From positions 1-64,000 of the IMG/VR virus record IMGVR_UViG_3300003876_000001: 64,000 bases of DNA. One strand, 5' to 3'. Shown piece by piece: positions 58,394 to 64,000 of this stretch. Every line of letters begins with the position of its first letter. Positions within the stretch are counted from its first letter, which is position 1. This stretch comes from an uncultured virus (IMG/VR IMGVR_UViG_3300003876_000001). Its lineage: Duplodnaviria > Heunggongvirae > Uroviricota > Caudoviricetes. A model generated the notes under the pieces. It made no database searches. It was given only the letters and a program-made list of their open reading frames with translations, and had not been told where the DNA came from. A program made the position numbers and the translations under genes.

Positions 58394-58733
58394 TAATAAA
58401 AAATAACGAAAAAAGTTGTAAAAATAACGAAAAAAATACAAAAAATCAAGAAATTTAAAGCAAAAATATAAAATTTTGTACTTTTTATAAAATAAAAAAA
58501 AGAAGTCTATTTTAGAAGAAGCAGTAATCGAGTTACAATCAATTATTGAAGCTGCCGATAAATCTGCTAAAGATAGAATAGCAAAAGAACTACCTGAAAA
58601 ATTTGAATCTCTTCTTAAAGAGGAAATTTTAAAGAATAAAGAATCGGTAAAAGAGTCTATTGAAGATAATGTTAAAGAACCCGTAATTGAGGGTAAAAAA
58701 AATACTGATAATATTAAAGAATCTCTAAACGAG

Positions 58734-60008
58734 ATGGAAGAAATTGATTTAAGAGAATTGTCAATCGATGATATTGAGGAAGCATATAATAATGCAAGTA
58801 CTTCTGATGAATTTGAAGTTTCTACTGACCAAATCAACATCGATGATGTTAGTAGAGAATTAGGTGAAATGGAAGGACAAACAAATGAAGTTGAAGCTAT
58901 CCTTAATGGGAAAAGTGAAACTGATCCTTATGATAAAAAAATAAAAAAAATATACGAAATGCTTGGAGAAATGGTAAATGAAATGAATGGTGTTGAACAG
59001 CACATCGAAACTAATGAAATGCATGAGAAAGTACCACATGGTGCTACTGCTCCTGCTGAAACTGGACACAATACAACTCCTAACGGAATCAATGAAGTTG
59101 TGATTGATGAAGCTGTTGATCCTACTATGCTTAGTGCAATTGGTGGTGCTGTTGGTGTATTAGTTGCTGGTGGGGGTGCTGCTGCATTAATGCAATGGTT
59201 AAAACAAAAAAACCCTAAAGCTGCTGCTGCTCTAGAACAATTAGGTACTGCTGCTAATGCAAATAAAAGTCCTGAACAATATAGAATGGGTGAATCTGAA
59301 GAAAATGAAAAAGTTCTTGATGAAGTTGATACTGTTGATGATAAAGAAACTGTTGATGAAATTCATGGACAATCATTCTCAAGTGGTAAGGTAAGAGCAG
59401 GTACACTTCCTAACGATGGTGCAGAGTATAGAGATCGTAAAGGTCATAGTAGAAATCGTCCTCAATGGTCAAATGAAAGCGTAGAAAAATTGAATGTATC
59501 TAAAGCAATAATGGAAAAACGTATGGCAAGTTTGATTAATGAAAATAAAAAAGTAACTAAAGAATTAAATGTAATTAAAGATGATTCTAAGAAATTCGAA
59601 AGTCTTTCTAATGATCAAAAGAAACTTTCAGAAGCTTTAGTTAAGTATCGTAATCAATTACAAGAAATGGCAGTATTTAATACTAATCTTGCTAGTGTGA
59701 ATAACATTTTAGTAAACGAAAGTTTAGCATTAACTGCTGAAGATAAGAAAAACGTAATTAACCAATTTAAAGATGTTAGTACTATTACTGAATCTGAAGA
59801 AACTTACAAAAGAGTAGTTGCAGAAATGCAAACTAAAAAACCTCTTGAAGAAAGTGTTGAAGAAAAAGTGAATGATAGTATCGAAACTTCTTCAGTAAAA
59901 AGTGAGAAAATTATCGAGCAAACAGCTTTTAAAAATGAACATGTTGATAAAATCAAGCAATTGATGGAATATGTTGATAATCATGGTAACAAAAAAATCT
60001 TATCATAA
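58734..60008 (+). CDS. Prohead scaffold/core protein (frame open from ~58491)
   Basis: Acidic coiled coil between protease and capsid genes. Confidence 0.7.
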   Translation: MEEIDLRELSIDDIEEAYNNASTSDEFEVSTDQINIDDVSRELGEMEGQTNEVEAILNGKSETDPYDKKIKKIYEMLGEMVNEMNGVEQHIETNEMHEKVPHGATAPAETGHNTTPNGINEVVIDEAVDPTMLSAIGGAVGVLVAGGGAAALMQWLKQKNPKAAAALEQLGTAANANKSPEQYRMGESEENEKVLDEVDTVDDKETVDEIHGQSFSSGKVRAGTLPNDGAEYRDRKGHSRNRPQWSNESVEKLNVSKAIMEKRMASLINENKKVTKELNVIKDDSKKFESLSNDQKKLSEALVKYRNQLQEMAVFNTNLASVNNILVNESLALTAEDKKNVINQFKDVSTITESEETYKRVVAEMQTKKPLEESVEEKVNDSIETSSVKSEKIIEQTAFKNEHVDKIKQLMEYVDNHGNKKILS

Positions 60009-60046
60009 ATTAATAATAATAATAAAGAAAATAAACAATAAATAAA

Positions 60047-61676
60047 ATGAGTTTTTTAACAGAATCGGCTGAAGTAGGTAACATCGGTCTTAAACAATTA
60101 AGAGAACAAAGAGAGATAACTACACAGAAATGGGATAGTATCGGTCTTTTAGAAGGTCTTGATGGAAACGTTAGAGAGAACTGTGCACAATTATTCGAAA
60201 ATCAATTGTCTCACATGATTAATGAATCAACAGATTCAGCATCAAGTGGTCAATTCGAAACTGTTGCGTTCCCTGTAATTAGAAGAGTATTTGCTAAATT
60301 ATTAGCAAACGACTTAGTTTCAGTTCAGGCTTTAAACTTACCAATAGGTAAGTTATATTACATTAACCCTAAAGTATCTGTAAGAGTAAACGGTACTGAG
60401 CATACATCACCTGATGGTGCTTATTCGAATGCTGCAACTACTTCTGGTGGTACTCCATTCGAATCTAGATCATTATACGATGCGTTCTACGCAACAGAGT
60501 ATGATAAAGAAGGTACTGGTCTATTTGACAGAAGTAAGGGTAGAATCCAATTCATAACAGGTACTAGTGTTCAATCACCTGCATATATTGCTGGTGATAG
60601 AAGTGTTACTGTTACTGTTAACGGATTTACAATTACAGAACAAGGTAAATTGGTAGGACCTGCTGGTGTACCAATGGACACTGAATCATTCTTAGCATCA
60701 CTAATAATGACATCTAATGTTGATTTAACTGCACCTGCACCTTTTGCAGATGCAACTATTACTGCTGGTGATGGTGTTCCTTATAGTGTGAAGGTACAAA
60801 AATACGGTCAAGCTATCGTTAACGAAGCTGGTGATTTAGTATTAATAATTGACTTAACTTATGCTGGTCAAGATGGGTATCAACCATTCAGTGCTGCAAG
60901 TACTCCTGTATTTAATTATACATATAGAGTATATTCTGATCTTGAAGAAGATTCGGAAATGGCAGAAGTTACATTTGGTCTTGATGAAGTAACTGTTTCA
61001 GTAGAAACAAGAAAAATGAGAGCACAATGGACTCCTGAATTAGCACAAGATGTTAGTGCATTCCACAACATCGATGCCGAAGCAGAATTAACTGCTTTAT
61101 TATCAGAGCAAATGGCTGCTGAAATCGATAGAGAAATCTTGAGAGATTTAAGAAGAGGTGCTGCTTGGACTTTACGTTGGGATTACAACGGTTTAAGAAA
61201 ACAAACTTCTACATATTATGGTACACAGAAGGATTGGAATCAAACTTTGATTACTAAAATTAATCAAATCTCAGCTCAAATCCATAAAGCTGTTCTTAGA
61301 GGTGGTGCATCATGGGTAGTTGTTTCTCCTGAAATTTCTGCTGTATTTGATGACTTGGAGTATTTCCATGTTTCTAATGCTGCCCCAGAACAAGATAAGT
61401 ATAATATGGGTATCGAGAAGATAGGTACTCTTTCAGGAAGATACCAAGTGTATCGTGATCCTTATGCTCCTGCTAACACTATGTTAATAGGTCACAAAGG
61501 TTCATCAATCCTTGAAAGTGGATATATCTATGCTCCATACATACCTATGCAGTTAACTCCTGTTATGTATAATCCTTTTGATTTCAAACCATGCTAAGAA
61601 AATGATACTTAATAGATATTATGGTAGAGTATACTGTGACGGTCTTGAAGTATTCGGAATTGGTGATTTACAATAA
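60047..61676 (+). CDS. Major capsid protein (T4 gp23-like); frameshift near 61590
   Basis: TRKMRAQWTPELAQD, EIDREI, YIYAPYIP; the tail AKKMILNRYYG continues in another frame to 61676. Confidence 0.93.
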
Positions 61677-61698
61677 TACGTAAATAAATTATAAAGTT

Positions 61699-61729
61699 AA
61701 AAAGGTTGCATTTATGTAACCTTTTTTTT
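61699..61729 (+). terminator. Intrinsic terminator overlapping a TGTAAC-N16-CGTA promoter
   Basis: AAAAAGGTTGCAT/ATGTAACCTTTTT plus T-tract. Confidence 0.75.
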
Positions 61730-61761
61730 ATTTATACGTATTTATTATTGTAAACCATTTA

Positions 61762-63399
61762 ATGGATATGAAAAATAAGAAAGAATTAACTAAATATGAA
61801 ATAAATAAAATTAAAGAGTTATATTATAAGAAAAAAAAATCAATTAGAAAAGTAAGTGAAAATTTTCCATACTCATATTCATTTATACAAAAACAAATTC
61901 ATTCATTCGAGTTTGAAAAACATATAAAAAATAATTATCCTTTAAAAAATAATTATCAATTAACATTAAAATGTAAAAAAACAAATAAAATTTTTGTGGA
62001 TTACAAAAATCAATCTGGCGTTATTACTAGTCATATCCTAAATATATTTCCAAATATTATCATTGACTCAAACTATAAAAGAAAATCTATTGAGTATAAA
62101 ACAGGTAAATTTTGGTATGATAATTATTTTACAATAAATTATATTCCAATAAAAAAAGTAAAAAAATGTTCATATTGTGATTGGATGACTAAGGACATAT
62201 ATAATAAATCTGGTGCATATGAAAAGCATTTAATTAATATTCACAATATAAATCTTAAAACACATTTAAAAAATTATCCTGAAGATCGAGATTTTATTAA
62301 AAAAGAAATTTATAATATCTTAATTACTTGTAAAATTTGTAATGAAGAATTTAAATCAATAACTAATACTCATTTAAAAGAAAAACACAATATAACACCT
62401 GAAGAATATAAATTAAGATATGGATATTATCTTATTTCACCAAAAACAAGAAATAAATTAATTAAAACATATAATAAATATTTAAAATTTTACTCTGGAA
62501 ATAAGAAATCAAAATTAGAAGAATTTATAAAAGAAAATGTTAATATAAAATTTATTGAGAATAATAGAAAAATTTTAAATGGTAAAGAAATTGATTTAAT
62601 TGATGAAAAAAATAAAATTGGTATTGAAATTAATGGTAATATTTTCCATACTGAATTATTTGGTGGTAAAGATAAAAATTATCATTTAAATAAAACTGAG
62701 TTGGCTTTAAAAGAGGGTTATGATTTAATACATATTTTTAGTGATGAATTATTAAATAACCCAACCCTAATTATAAATAAAATTAATCATATTCTTAATT
62801 TAAATGAATCCACAAAAATTCATGCAAGAAAATGTATTATTTCTGAAAATATTGCGAAAAATGATAAAAGTATATTCTTAAATGAAAATCATATACAAGG
62901 TAATGATAAATCAAAAATTTCAATAGTTGCCCATTATAATGATGAAATTGTTGGAATTATGACATTTGATAATAAAAGATATATGAATAAATCAAATAAT
63001 CATAATAACACAGTATATGAACTAGCAAGATTTACAATTAAAAATGAATATGTTATAACAGGTATTGCCTCTAGATTATTATCATATTTTATTAAAACAT
63101 ATGAACCAACCAAAATTATATCATTTGCAGATAGAAGGTGGACACCAAATTCAAATAATAATTTATATTCTAAATTAGGGTTTGAATTAACTAAAACATT
63201 AAAACCAGATTATTGGTATTTTAACCCTAAATACTCTAGAGATAAAAGATTTCATAAATTTGGTTTTGGTAAAAATAGTATTAAGAAAAAATTTCCAAGT
63301 CACTATAACGAAAATAAAACTGAGTGGGAAATGATGCAAGAATTGGGATTTGATAGAATTTGGGATTGTGGTAAATTTAAATATGAGTTAAATTTTTAA
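61762..63399 (+). CDS. Hef-like homing endonuclease with Zn fingers
   Basis: KEIDL..IGIEING..FH, FLNENHIQG, ELARF, ISFADRRW, IWDCG. Confidence 0.75.
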   Translation: MDMKNKKELTKYEINKIKELYYKKKKSIRKVSENFPYSYSFIQKQIHSFEFEKHIKNNYPLKNNYQLTLKCKKTNKIFVDYKNQSGVITSHILNIFPNIIIDSNYKRKSIEYKTGKFWYDNYFTINYIPIKKVKKCSYCDWMTKDIYNKSGAYEKHLINIHNINLKTHLKNYPEDRDFIKKEIYNILITCKICNEEFKSITNTHLKEKHNITPEEYKLRYGYYLISPKTRNKLIKTYNKYLKFYSGNKKSKLEEFIKENVNIKFIENNRKILNGKEIDLIDEKNKIGIEINGNIFHTELFGGKDKNYHLNKTELALKEGYDLIHIFSDELLNNPTLIINKINHILNLNESTKIHARKCIISENIAKNDKSIFLNENHIQGNDKSKISIVAHYNDEIVGIMTFDNKRYMNKSNNHNNTVYELARFTIKNEYVITGIASRLLSYFIKTYEPTKIISFADRRWTPNSNNNLYSKLGFELTKTLKPDYWYFNPKYSRDKRFHKFGFGKNSIKKKFPSHYNENKTEWEMMQELGFDRIWDCGKFKYELNF

Positions 63400-63432
63400 A
63401 TTGATAGTATTTATGGTTAGAATATAAATATT

Positions 63433-63903
63433 ATGTATAAATTCATATTAATAATTATCCTTTTTATATTTACTTCTTTTGGTTTGAGTACTAAAAATTT
63501 ACATAGTGAAATATTATTAAATTTTGAATTATTAAATCAAGGTTATGTTTATAGAACATTAGGTACATATGCTTTGCAAATGGCAGATGGTTCATTAATT
63601 AGTGTTGAAGCATATATATGGAAAAGAGAAAATAATAGTGGAATATATAAACAATTTAAATATGAATATGTATTAACTGCTGTTAGTAAATCCGTACATA
63701 ATAGACAAACAACTAAAACATGGCTATATAATACTAGAGTATTTTTAGATAATAATGAATTAACATATAATCAATATCCCAATGGTGTGACTGTTTATGT
63801 TAACACATCACCAACAGCCATTTATAATTGGTATACTAGTGCAGAAAATATTGGTGTCTTTTATTTAAAATGGGAATCTTCAGCTTACGAACCAAGAATT
63901 TAA
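63433..63903 (+). CDS. Hypothetical exported protein
   Basis: N-terminal signal-like segment. Confidence 0.55.
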   Translation: MYKFILIIILFIFTSFGLSTKNLHSEILLNFELLNQGYVYRTLGTYALQMADGSLISVEAYIWKRENNSGIYKQFKYEYVLTAVSKSVHNRQTTKTWLYNTRVFLDNNELTYNQYPNGVTVYVNTSPTAIYNWYTSAENIGVFYLKWESSAYEPRI

Positions 63904-64000
63904 CTAAAATGTCAAAAAAACTAAACGAACAAACAAAAATAGAAGTAGGATTTAAACATGTAATTAGTTTCCTTCTAGGGATATTAAGTATTATGTATGG

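Noticed and set aside
1..64000. Stop-codon reassignment (code 15 or 4)
   Set aside because: Long conserved genes are intact in code 11, TAG and TGA end normal genes, and the breaks seen are frameshifts rather than in-frame stops

Overview
AT-rich 64-kb segment of a large T4-like (gp17/gp20/gp21/gp23) tailed phage. The host is probably Bacteroidota, judging from TAnnTTTG promoters and a tmRNA tag beginning GE and ending AA. The left ~37 kb holds mostly minus-strand accessory genes: RNA repair (PNK, two RNA ligases, Tpt1), an intein-containing class II RNR, NrtR, translation factors (IF3, peptide deformylase, YqeY), a methyltransferase and homing endonucleases. These are interleaved with ~20 tRNAs, a tmRNA and many atypical tRNA-like and structured RNAs. 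The right ~25 kb is the virion module. Main finding: three separate tRNA operons are each preceded by a short leader ORF, an antiterminator and an intrinsic terminator, and each leader's codon run matches the downstream tRNAs. YKKYKNY precedes tRNA-Tyr/Lys, QPQPQHQHQ precedes tRNA-Pro/Gln/His, and VAEAVEVDD precedes tRNA-Ala/Glu/Val/Asp. This looks like ribosome-mediated attenuation that lets the phage sense shortage of specific tRNAs and supply them on demand. Caveat: several conserved genes carry frameshifts or small deletions, so the contig is probably indel-prone and single-base oddities need read-level confirmation. All calls are by eye, without database searches.
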